A stretch of 64,000 bases of DNA from an uncultured beta proteobacterium. Lineage in GTDB: Bacteria > Pseudomonadota > Gammaproteobacteria > Burkholderiales > SG8-41. The notes under the pieces were generated by a model. That model searched no databases. It was not told where the DNA came from and was given only the letters and a program-made list of their open reading frames with translations. How positions within the stretch are numbered: position 1 is the first letter of the stretch; each line of letters starts with the position of its first letter. Where the stretch lies: positions 10,839-74,838 of the forward strand of contig CAWDIV010000001.1 in the NCBI GenBank assembly GCA_963802355.1. Reading direction: 5' to 3'. Below, piece by piece: positions 43,533 to 51,808 of this stretch. A program made the translations under genes and the position numbers.

Positions 43533-44504
43533 TTATTTGAAGTGCTCATAGCCTTCGCGCGGCAGCGCCAGCGGATTCCCGGTGTCGCCGAGAACGAACA
43601 CCAGCGAGCCCATGCGGCGCGGACGAACGATGCTGCCGATGCGCGTCAGCTTGATTCGATGGCGCAGCGACAGTGACGCCATGGCACCGCGCCGCGTGCG
43701 GCTGGCCGTGAAGCACAACTCGTAGTCGTCGCCCCCGGCGAGCAACGCCGCCAGGGCCGCCGGTCGCGGCAGGCATCTTTCCATCGCCGGCGAACGCGGC
43801 ACCCGAGCGAGCTCCACGACCGCAGCCACGCCGGAGCGCTCGCAGATATGGCCAAGGTCGGCAATGATCCCGTCCGAAATATCTATCGCGCTGCGCGCGA
43901 TGCCGCGCAGCGCCATACCCAGAGCAACGCGCGGAATGGGCGTGTTTAACCTGGTTTCCAGAAGGGCGCGGTCGCGCCGCGCCAGCTGCACCCGCCCGTT
44001 GATCGACGCAAGCGCGAGGGCCGCGTTGCCGAGCATGCCCGAAACCCAGACATCATCCCCGACCCGGGCGCCGTCGCGCCGGAGCGCAGTGCCGGAGGGC
44101 ACCTCGCCCAGGATCTGCACGCAGATTGCGAGCGGCCCCTTGGTGGTATCGCCGCCGACGAGGTCTACGCGATGGCTGCGCGCGAGGCGCATGAATCCGT
44201 GGACGAAAGCGGCGAGCCAGCGGGTGTCGACGCGCGGCAGCGCAAGCGCAAGCGTCACCCAACGCGGTGCCGCACCCATCGCCGCCATGTCGGAAAGATT
44301 GACCGCGAGCGCCTTATGCCCGAGTTTTCCGGGGTCGGAGTGGGGAAAGAAATGGCGGCCGGCGACGAGCATATCGGCGGATACCGCGAGATCCATGCCG
44401 CGGCGCACCCGCACCAGCGCCGCGTCGTCTCCCACGCCCAATACCGCGCTGCGCGCCGGATGAGTGAAGAAGCGTCTGATCAGCTCGAATTCGGTGAGCG
44501 CCAT
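43533..44504 (-). CDS. thiL: Thiamine-phosphate kinase
   Basis: MALTEFELIRRFF..GVGDDAALV..VSADMLVAGRHF..ALAVNLSDMAAMGA..LVGGDTT. Confidence 0.92.
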   Translation of the reverse strand: MALTEFELIRRFFTHPARSAVLGVGDDAALVRVRRGMDLAVSADMLVAGRHFFPHSDPGKLGHKALAVNLSDMAAMGAAPRWVTLALALPRVDTRWLAAFVHGFMRLARSHRVDLVGGDTTKGPLAICVQILGEVPSGTALRRDGARVGDDVWVSGMLGNAALALASINGRVQLARRDRALLETRLNTPIPRVALGMALRGIARSAIDISDGIIADLGHICERSGVAAVVELARVPRSPAMERCLPRPAALAALLAGGDDYELCFTASRTRRGAMASLSLRHRIKLTRIGSIVRPRRMGSLVFVLGDTGNPLALPREGYEHFK

Positions 44505-44571
44505 ATCCGCGTTGGGGAAACGGATTTCTCGGCTTGGCTTCCAGTCACTTGAGGGTTCAGTCGCGTGTGCG

Positions 44572-44847
44572 CTATTTCTGGCTTCGGGCTTGATTGCTGG
44601 TCCCGCTCTGACCGGCTCTCCGACGCGCCAGATCCTCCTCCCATTTTTTCCTCATCGCGCGCGGGAAGTAGAAGTTCACCGCCGCGAACACGAGGAAGAC
44701 GATCGCCAGCCAGGTCACGTTCTCCGGCGGCAGAAAGCTCGGGCCCTCGATCAAGACGTAGAGCCCGAAAAAGGCGTTGAGGATGCCCGCCACGTAGAAC
44801 ATGATGATGCGGTTCCTGAGACGTGTGTCCATCTGCTCGATACTCAC
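44572..44847 (-). CDS. Small membrane protein (91 aa, 2 TM)
   Basis: IIMFYVAGILNAFFGLYVLI and WLAIVFLVFAAVNFYF, with a basic C-terminal tail. Confidence 0.5.
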   Translation of the reverse strand: MSIEQMDTRLRNRIIMFYVAGILNAFFGLYVLIEGPSFLPPENVTWLAIVFLVFAAVNFYFPRAMRKKWEEDLARRRAGQSGTSNQARSQK

Positions 44848-44850
44848 GGA

Positions 44851-45276
44851 TCACCTCTCCGGCTTTTCGGTCGCGCGCAGCTGCGCGGCCAGCTTGTCGA
44901 GCACCCCGTTTACATACTTATGGCCGTCCGTGCCGCCGTAGCTCTTCGCCAGTTCCACCGCCTCGTTGATAACGACGCGGTACGGCACTTCGGGACGATG
45001 CTTCAGCTCGTAGCCCGCGAGCAGCAGGATACCGCGCTCGACGGGACTCAGCTGCGAGAACCCGCGGTCGAGGTACGGCGCGATCTCGTGCTCGAGGACC
45101 GGAGCGGCTGCGACCGTTCCGTCGAGCAGCGTCTTGAAGTATTCCGCGTCTATCTTGTCGAATCCCTGCGCCTCGCCGAGCTGGCGGGCGATGGTCGCGG
45201 CATCTGTCCCCGCGAGCTGCCACTGGTAGAGTCCCTGCAACGCAAACTCGCGGGACCGCCTCCGGCTGGTTTTCAT
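44851..45276 (-). CDS. nusB: Transcription antitermination factor NusB
   Basis: RRRSREFALQGLYQWQLAG...VERGILLLAGYELKHRPEVPYRVVINEAVELAKSYG. Confidence 0.93.
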   Translation of the reverse strand: MKTSRRRSREFALQGLYQWQLAGTDAATIARQLGEAQGFDKIDAEYFKTLLDGTVAAAPVLEHEIAPYLDRGFSQLSPVERGILLLAGYELKHRPEVPYRVVINEAVELAKSYGGTDGHKYVNGVLDKLAAQLRATEKPER

Positions 45277-45297
45277 CGCCTGTCAAGAACCAAAGCA

Positions 45298-45481
45298 GCC
45301 ACAGAGGACATAGAGTTCACAGAGGAAACCACCCCACCTTGCGCTCGTGGAGGGCGAAGCCGCTTTCAACCGGAAAAATCTCCTTCCCCTCACGGAGGGA
45401 GGGCCGCGCAGCACGCCAGGGGGCCTTGAGATGGGGGTGGTGCTCATTCGATCTCTCTGTGTTCTCTGTGATCTCTGTGGC
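45298..45481. repeat. Long composite hairpin element with CACAGAG heptamer arms
   Basis: GCCACAGAGGACATAGAGTTCACAGAGGAAACC (45298-45330) against ATCTCTCTGTGTTCTCTGTGATCTCTGTGGC (45451-45481). Nested inner complements are CCACCCCACC/GGGGGTGGTG and CCTTCCCCTCAC/GGAGGGAGGG. Confidence 0.85.
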
Positions 45482-45495
45482 TATTGTTTTTTTGC

Positions 45496-45966
45496 TTACT
45501 CGATTCGCTTCAGAAGGTTGGCCATTTCGATCGCCGCCAGCGCGCAATCTTCGCCTTTCTGCGTCATGCGCGCGAGCGCCTGGGCTTCGTCGCCGGTCGT
45601 CAAAATGCCATTGGCGATCGGGACCCCGGTATCGAGCGCGACCGTGGTGATACCGCTCGCGGATTCGTTCGAGACTATCTCGAAATGATAGGTCTCACCC
45701 CGAATCACCGCTCCGAGCGCGATCAGGGCGTGGAATTTTCCGGTGTTCGCCATTTTCTGCAACGCCAGCGGAATCTCGAGCGCGCCCGGCACCGAAACGA
45801 CTTGGAGATCAGACTGGCTCACGCCGTGCTTCGCAAGCGCCGCAATACAACTCGATAGCAATCCCTCGCCGACGTCCAGGTTGAAGCGACCCATGACGAT
45901 GCCGATCCGCAGGCCGGTCCCGCGCAGATCGGGCTCGAGCTCGTCGATGTCTTTGTTGCGCGCCAT
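45496..45966 (-). CDS. ribH: 6,7-dimethyl-8-ribityllumazine synthase
   Basis: [51 protein letters not shown]. Confidence 0.93.
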   Translation of the reverse strand: MARNKDIDELEPDLRGTGLRIGIVMGRFNLDVGEGLLSSCIAALAKHGVSQSDLQVVSVPGALEIPLALQKMANTGKFHALIALGAVIRGETYHFEIVSNESASGITTVALDTGVPIANGILTTGDEAQALARMTQKGEDCALAAIEMANLLKRIE

Positions 45967-45975
45967 TTCAAATCC

Positions 45976-46064
45976 GTGAGCGGTAAGCGGTGAGCAGTGA
46001 GCAGTCGGCTAAGAGCGTCGGGATGCGAAGTTTACCGCTTACTGCTTACCGCTTACTGCTTACC
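45976..46064. repeat. Heptamer-arm hairpin element (GTAAGCG/GTGAGCA family) between ribH and ribBA
   Basis: GTGAGCGGTAAGCGGTGAGCAGTGAGCAG (45976-46004) against TACCGCTTACTGCTTACCGCTTACTGCTTACC (46033-46064). The right arm supplies the last codons of ribBA. Confidence 0.88.
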
Positions 46065-47171
46065 TGGTTGAAGATAGCCAGTGATCTCCAGCCCGAAACC
46101 CGCCATGCTGGGCATGCGGCGCGGCTGAGCCATCAGCCGCATCTTCCTGACCTTGAGATCCCTCAGGATTTGCGCGCCTATGCCGTAGTTCCGGAGCACG
46201 ACGGCGGGCGTGGAGTGCACCTCGCGCGGACGCGGCCGCGCGCGCTCCAGCAGCTCCTGCGCGGTTTCCGGCCGGTGCAGGAGGACGATCACGCCGCACT
46301 CGGCGCGCGCGATGGTGGCAAGCGCGTCGTTGAAGTTCCAGGAATGGCTGGTGCTGCTCACGTCGAGGATGTCGATTACCGAGATGGGCTCGTGCACTCG
46401 CACCAGCACTTCCCGGTCCGGCACCGGCTTGCCTTTCACCAGCGCCAGGTGCGTCTCCTGTCCGATGCGGTCGCTGTAGACGAACAGGCGCAGCCGCCCG
46501 TGCACGGTCTCGATCTCGCGCTCGGCGACCCGTGTCACGAGCGACTCGTTGCGGCCCCGGTACTGAATGAGATCCGTGATCGTGCCGATCTTCAGCTTGT
46601 GCCGCGCCGCGAACTCGATGAGATCAGGCAGCCGCGCCATTTCACCATCTTCCTTCAGGACTTCGCAGATGACGGCTGCGGGCGCCACCCCGGCCAGCCG
46701 GGCAAGATCGCAGCCCGCTTCGGTATGACCGGCCCGTACCAGTACACCGCCGTCCTGTGCCATGAGCGGGAAGATGTGGCCCGGCTGAACCAAGTCCTCC
46801 GGCCGGGCATCAGCGCGGATTGCGACCTGCACGGTGCGCGCGCGATCGGTCGCTGAAATGCCCGTCGTGACACCCTCCGCTGCTTCGATCGAGACGGTGA
46901 AGTTCGTGCCGAGCGGCGAGCGGTTGTTGATCACCATCTGCGGAAGATTCAATTGGCGGCACTTCTCCGCGGTCAGCGTGAGGCAGATGAGCCCCCGCCC
47001 GTAACGGGCCATGAAGTTGATCGCCTCGGGCGTGACGAACTCGGCGGCGATCAGCAGGTCGCCCTCGTTCTCACGGTCTTCCTCGTCTACCAGTACGACC
47101 ATCCGGCCGGCGCCAAGATCGGCGATGAGGTCGGAAATGGGGCTGATCGCCGTGTCTGGGCGCGAGCTCAT
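46053..47171 (-). CDS. ribBA: Bifunctional 3,4-dihydroxy-2-butanone-4-phosphate synthase / GTP cyclohydrolase II
   Basis: [41 protein letters not shown] (RibB), then [12 protein letters not shown]...HLALVKG (RibA-like half). The ATG 47171 lies within ORF 46053..47189. Confidence 0.92.
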   Translation of the reverse strand: MSSRPDTAISPISDLIADLGAGRMVVLVDEEDRENEGDLLIAAEFVTPEAINFMARYGRGLICLTLTAEKCRQLNLPQMVINNRSPLGTNFTVSIEAAEGVTTGISATDRARTVQVAIRADARPEDLVQPGHIFPLMAQDGGVLVRAGHTEAGCDLARLAGVAPAAVICEVLKEDGEMARLPDLIEFAARHKLKIGTITDLIQYRGRNESLVTRVAEREIETVHGRLRLFVYSDRIGQETHLALVKGKPVPDREVLVRVHEPISVIDILDVSSTSHSWNFNDALATIARAECGVIVLLHRPETAQELLERARPRPREVHSTPAVVLRNYGIGAQILRDLKVRKMRLMAQPRRMPSMAGFGLEITGYLQPGKQ

Positions 47172-47189
47172 GGCTAAGGTAACTAACAA

Positions 47190-47486
47190 AATGAGGGGAT
47201 ACTCCCCTCATGCTCCCTGGAATCTATCTCAACCATAGGCACTTGTGCGACGGAGGCGACGTGGGATGCAGTTCGAGGAGGAGAGCCCGCAGCAATATGT
47301 CGATATTGCAAGGGTTCCCGACGAAGAAATGCGCCCAGATCGCCCCGTCCCTTCGGGTTGCGGCCAGGACGGGCGTCTGCGTTGTTGCCCGGCTTGACCA
47401 TATCGACATATGGCCTGCACCGTGCGCCTAGCATCCATCCCGTCCTGGCCACAACGCATCACGCGCCTATGGTTGAGATAGGTTCC
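47190..47486. repeat. Copy 2 of the stem-closed structured element
   Basis: Aligns with 39079-39399 apart from one hairpin swap. Terminal complement 47219-47240 / 47465-47486; 12-nt helix 47362-47373 / 47439-47450. Confidence 0.85.
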
Positions 47487-47693
47487 GATCAGGGCGCCTA
47501 TCCTTCATTTTGATAGGCGCTATAAATAAAAACGGACAGGATACAGGATATAACCCCCTGTTCCATAACGTGTCTGGGATTTTTCTGAGCCGGGATGTCG
47601 CCATCGCTGCCGTCGCAGGAACTACCTGAGGGCACCCCGCTCTATGCTGGCACACTGGTTATTGTCCGGGGTCGTATGCTACAACTTGACAGC

Positions 47694-48116
47694 ATGAGCG
47701 CAAAGACGCAATCACCAATGCCATACAGTCGCGCCGGGAAACCCGCGTACTGGCTGGCGGGCCTTGCCTTCTGGGCGACCGCAAGCGCTGCGATGGCGGC
47801 GGCGCCCAAGGAAGCCATCGTCACGCGCGAAATGCAGGATATTTACCGGATTGGCATGGAACGGTCTGGCAGCGGAACGACCTACATCAGGACCAAGAAC
47901 TGCAATGAGAACGTGTACGGCGATCGCGTCAGCCTGAAGCTCAATATCAGCATAAGAGGCGGCAACATGATCTTCCGTAACGGCCGGGTTTGCACTATCG
48001 ACCGGTTCTTGAGGGAAGTTGATCCCAACCGGTTGGACGTCGAGGACTTTCCGGCCGGGTCGGATGTGCTCGACGTGGTTCCTAAAGGAAGCAAACCCCA
48101 ACCGCCTGGACGTTGA
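47694..48116 (+). CDS. Hypothetical secreted protein
   Basis: MSAKTQSPMPYSRAGKPAYWLAGLAFWATASAAMAAAP looks like a signal peptide. This is the first gene of the lower-GC region. No recognisable domain. Confidence 0.45.
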   Translation: MSAKTQSPMPYSRAGKPAYWLAGLAFWATASAAMAAAPKEAIVTREMQDIYRIGMERSGSGTTYIRTKNCNENVYGDRVSLKLNISIRGGNMIFRNGRVCTIDRFLREVDPNRLDVEDFPAGSDVLDVVPKGSKPQPPGR

Positions 48117-49839
48117 CGAGCTAGCCCGCATGTTTCACCAGTGTTGAACTCGCGCAAGTCCCACATGCGGGCTGACTAAATTTTGGGCAGAAGGACAGCG
48201 TCGAGCGACACTGTCCCCTACTCCAGCTGGTGCGAGTCTCAGGGCAGTGAGGTCTTGCGACCCCACAGTGAACTCGGTGCCTATTGCCGGAGGGCATTAG
48301 CGTTCGAGAGACGCTCGACGTAACGTGCGATTAGGTTGATGCACCACCTAAGGAACTGATAAACATTACGTTTTTGTTCTATAAGCTCGAAATACCGTCA
48401 GATATACCGTCAACAAGCCGCAGTGCTAGGTCGTAAGCCGCGCGGAGAAGAACCGGCGATCAAGGAAGACCATGTCGCGCGGCCTGCCGTCGGCGGGAAA
48501 CAAGGCAGACGGCGCCGCAAAGCCCCGGGCCTGGAAGGAGCGAGGATGACCGACTAGTCGGAGTCTTTGATCGTAAACGCGAACGTAGATGGTGGCGAAA
48601 AAGGTTCTTCTGACCCTGCCTCTCGGTTATCAGGTGCTCGCCGATGTACGAGGTAGCGACGAGGACAGTGGGTCAGGCGTCAAGAACTGCCGGAACGCAA
48701 AGAGGTCGACTGACCACGGTAGCGAGACGCCGGTCCTGGGCGGCCGTGCAAAAGGCGGCGGAAATGAAAAAATCGAATATAGCTTAAGCTCGTGATGTGG
48801 CAGCCGCCGCCTGCGCGGTTGCCCGTGTCCTTCTCGCCGGCACCGCAGCCGCGAAAGCTGGATGTAATCAGCCTCAATGCCGATGATGCGGCGGACAATC
48901 CGTTCGGTTTCCCCGATGCGGATAACATGACCTACATTGCCGGCTTCGTAAGTTCACTACCTGCCTTTTACCCCCCCATAATTTCTTCATGTCGACTGCG
49001 GGCATCGTTCTGGATCGATCACCGGTGCCGAAGTCAGGCTTTTCATTCCAAGAAGCGGCTTGACACCAGCACCGGACCCCACAGAAACCTACACGCTGTT
49101 CGATGTATCAACACCGTATCTCGTTCTTGATCGCAGGGGAGCCGCCGAGGATGATATCGACTACAAGGAGTTCGGGTCGGGCGTGGCTGAACGGGCGCCA
49201 TAGATGCCCGAGGTCCGTCTAGGGATCGACTTCTTGAACGACGGCATGTTGTTGAAAATGATCGAACTGCAGTTCGGCAGATCTGGGGCGGATCTCGACG
49301 AGCCGGATCTGTTGCGCGATCGCGGTGGCTGGCAGCCCTAGTCCCGGCGGTCAAGCAACGATTTCGTCTTCAGATTCATTTTTACGCCTACGGACAGAAA
49401 CGAGTCGGTCTTCGAGCATCTGCCGTTCCCGCGCTGCCACGGTTGGCGGTGGGTGTGCGAGGACCATCCCATGGCCGCGTGGGCTGCTGATGGCAGCGGA
49501 TGTGAAATCGAGGGATGCGGCGGCGCTGGCGCGGCCTGCTTATGCAATCCAGAGGCGAAGATGCCTCCCGGTTTTCAATTGATCGCCGGGGAAGACGGGC
49601 CATCAGGATGAAACGCCGCGAAGTAGTTGGACTGCAGCCACCCACCCGGAGAAATTGGCGTGGCTCAACCGTCAGGCGATCGATCCGATGGACCCGGCGC
49701 AGATCCGCAATGTCGCCGCGCTCCTGCACACGAATGACGCGCGAATCTTCGACGAGATCAGGGAAGTGGGGACGAAAGTGCGGAGATATTCGCGAGTGGC
49801 TGGTGGGGAACCAGACGAAGAAGGGGCGGCGCTAGCCCT

Positions 49840-49944
49840 TCAAGACCGCCTCCAGTTCCTCGGCCTCCGCTCCATCAGATAAACTGTAATCGCGCAGCCC
49901 ACGACAAGCAGGACCAAGCCTACAATCAAAAGCACTTCGAGCAT
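49840..49944 (-). CDS. Candidate 34-aa hydrophobic peptide MLEVLLIVGLVLLVVGCAITVYLMERRPRNWRRS
   Basis: The ATG is preceded by AGGGAGGGAAC (strong SD). It has one TM helix plus a basic tail. Its 3' part overlaps the end of plus-strand ORF 49655..49882. Confidence 0.35.
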   Translation of the reverse strand: MLEVLLIVGLVLLVVGCAITVYLMERRPRNWRRS

Positions 49945-50598
49945 GTTCCCTCCCTACGGTCCGGACTTTTTTAAGCGATCCTAGACCTGTTCCTCTATCG
50001 ACTCGGGCCGAAGATTTCACCCTCATTCCTAGAAGCAAAATTCGTGCCGAAACAAAAAAATAACATTCCAATCACTGGCTTCCAAAATAATCAGTCGGTT
50101 AACTCGGTAACGCGTGCGCTGCGATGGTTTTGGCCCTCCCTGGTTGGCCTCGGAAGTGTCGAAACATCCGCCACCCCGCTATTCCTTCATCGCGCTCCCC
50201 GGCTCGCGCAGCTCACGATGGCACGACTCGGCATCACCGCGCGAGCAATACAGCGCGGCCGCGCGCGGTGACTGACGACGACGCTGCTGCTCGAGATCAA
50301 GCGCCTGCATGGCGTCCTGGTGCGGGCCCACGAGCTCACCGGGACGATGCACGACGGCGCTGACCGCGCGCGACAGCCGATCGAGCGCCGCTCGAGCTGC
50401 TCGAGCTCGACAAAAAGCACGAGCTTGCGCGGTTACAAGCTTCTCGCGAAGGCGGGCCACCAAGATGAAACGTCGCGACGTGATGGGATGCAGCCGCCAA
50501 CGTAAGAGCGCATGGCGTGGCTCGACCGCCAAGCGATCAAGAACCCGATCTCGAATCGGCTCGGATGTCTGGGTTACCAACGAGACAGAGGAATAGCC

Positions 50599-50832
50599 AT
50601 GAGGCCAACTTTCAAGCGATACGTGGAGTTTTATTCCTTCAAGGGAGAACCTAAGTTGGTGAAGGAGCTTCGGTCTAGTCATAGTCGCACCGGGTTCATT
50701 TATACCGTTGAGGACTGCTGCGACGTTTGCAACGCCGAGGGCGTCGTGATTGCCATGGACAGCAGTGAGGGTGAGCATGGCCCGCTGCATATCTGTTGTC
50801 AGTGTGTTACCAAGGCGGTGAAGAATCGCTAG
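50599..50832 (+). CDS. Small Cys-rich hypothetical protein (77 aa; CC-x2-C ... CC-x-C)
   Basis: The ATG is preceded by AGAGGAA. MRPTFKRYVEFYSFKGEPKLV..EDCCDVCNAEG..GPLHICCQCVTKAV. Confidence 0.4.
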   Translation: MRPTFKRYVEFYSFKGEPKLVKELRSSHSRTGFIYTVEDCCDVCNAEGVVIAMDSSEGEHGPLHICCQCVTKAVKNR

Positions 50833-51132
50833 TTCGCTTCATGCGAGCTGCGTCGTCGAGAGGCCGGAGGAGATGACCACTGTCTTTCTCCTCGAAAAAC
50901 CACAAGACGACGGGCGGCCCCCATACCGCGGTATTTCAGGCACTAGATCACCGCTTAATCAATGGCTTGCGTAATGCGGTAAGGAAAAGGTATGGAACAG
51001 GAATGTCCCTGAGAGGCAGCTAAACGGTCCCAGGAACGCGCCGGCGGAGGGAGGATCCAAGCATAGTGGCTGCCAGCAAGATAAAAAATCCCCAGTATCG
51101 CCCATGCCTTCTCGGATAGCTCCGGTTAAACA

Positions 51133-51477
51133 ATGGTGGTGCATCATAAACAACGCGGGTTGCTAGGTCGCAGGGTGGATGATCGGTGGGGCGTATGCGG
51201 CCAGTACGAAACGCCGGTCGCGTTCTGGCAAATGCTGAAGGATGATTATTTGCCCGTAAAGGTGTCGGGCTATGTCTGCGTGCCGACGACTGAGCTTGTT
51301 GCGCTCGATTTAGAGAGTCCTCCCATCATCGAGGAAGTTACCGAAGAAATTGGTCCAGTGGATCTGGCAGTGGATCTGGAATTGATTCCCGACGACTTGT
51401 TGTCCCTCGATGGCGAGAGTCCTCCTATCATCGGGGACTTACCGTCAAGTCGCTACTATTCGTTAAGGCGTGCGTAA
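51133..51477 (+). CDS. Hypothetical acidic protein with an internal ESPPII repeat
   Basis: 114-aa ORF. LDLESPPIIEEV and LDGESPPIIGDL repeat within it. It is followed 14 nt later by the MKRHEVIG small ORF. Confidence 0.35.
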   Translation: MVVHHKQRGLLGRRVDDRWGVCGQYETPVAFWQMLKDDYLPVKVSGYVCVPTTELVALDLESPPIIEEVTEEIGPVDLAVDLELIPDDLLSLDGESPPIIGDLPSSRYYSLRRA

Positions 51478-51490
51478 AATACACGCCAGG

Positions 51491-51655
51491 ATGAAACGCC
51501 ATGAAGTTATCGGGCTGCTTGCAGCGATCCTGAACGTCAACATCGGCCGGCTCAGCGATGCCATTGCAGCAGCCGGGCCCATGGTCAGGGACATTCGCAA
51601 GCACTTGGCGGAGATGCCGCGGGCAAAGCCGCCGAGTCGTTTCAGGCGGCGGTAG
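51491..51655 (+). CDS. Small (54 aa) protein MKRHEVIGLLAAILNVNIGRLSDAI..., the only in-frame member of a three-copy module
   Basis: ATG 51491. Related starts occur at 49608 and 50465 (MKRREVVGL, MKRRDVMG), both with frame breaks. Possibly HTH-like (inference only). Confidence 0.35.
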   Translation: MKRHEVIGLLAAILNVNIGRLSDAIAAAGPMVRDIRKHLAEMPRAKPPSRFRRR

Positions 51656-51663
51656 CAAAATCG

Positions 51664-51681
51664 TTGTCGGAAAATTTTACA
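51664..51681 (+). promoter_or_regulatory. Conserved 18-nt box (TTGTCGGAAAATTTTACA in gene orientation) upstream of a PEP-CTERM gene
   Basis: Reverse complement of the box seen at 27140, 27240 and 62459. It lies 65 nt upstream of the -24 element. Confidence 0.6.
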
Positions 51682-51744
51682 CTTCCAGATCGCAGCGAAT
51701 CGCCGGGACGCCTAAGAAGATGATTTTATTGCATTGCCATTGTC

Positions 51745-51761
51745 AGGCACGAGTCATGCTT
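51745..51761 (+). promoter_or_regulatory. Candidate sigma-54 promoter
   Basis: CAGGCACGAGTCATGCTT (GG-N10-GC), about 50 nt upstream of ATG 51809. Confidence 0.6.
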
Positions 51762-51808
51762 ATTTTCCCCTCTGTTCTTTGACAGGCTCGTTTTGAGGGG
51801 GGATTCTA

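Noticed and set aside
39079-47486. The two element copies as ends of a composite transposon carrying 39.4-47.2 kb
   Set aside because: The intervening genes (cinA, pgpA, thiL, nusB, ribH, ribBA) are conserved core genes in standard betaproteobacterial order. The copies are direct rather than inverted, and no transposase is present.
47172-47600. FMN (RFN) riboswitch upstream of ribBA
   Set aside because: I looked for the conserved RFN core on the minus strand (GGGCGGGGCGAAAUUCCCCACCGG and GGUCAGCAGAUC..GGUGA.A..CC.GAGCCGACGGU) and found nothing similar. The space is occupied by the repeated element, which also precedes recA.
48123-48173. AGCCCGCATGT..ACATGCGGGCT as an intrinsic terminator of 47694..48116
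   Set aside because: The 11-bp stem encloses a 29-nt loop, and the downstream T-tract is weak (GACTAAATTTT). It is possible but not convincing enough to list as a feature.
48180-48560. tRNA gene or integrase remnant marking an island boundary
   Set aside because: No T-loop (GGTTCGAATCC-type) or cloverleaf could be traced. Translations show no tyrosine-recombinase motifs (no R..HxxR..Y pattern).
50179-50790. 203-aa minus-strand ORF as a real gene
   Set aside because: It is antisense to the better-supported Cys-rich ORF (SD plus ATG at 50599). Its conserved segment (..TSRRFILVARL..) shares wobble positions with the plus-strand module, so the conservation is not independent evidence. Left unresolved rather than called.
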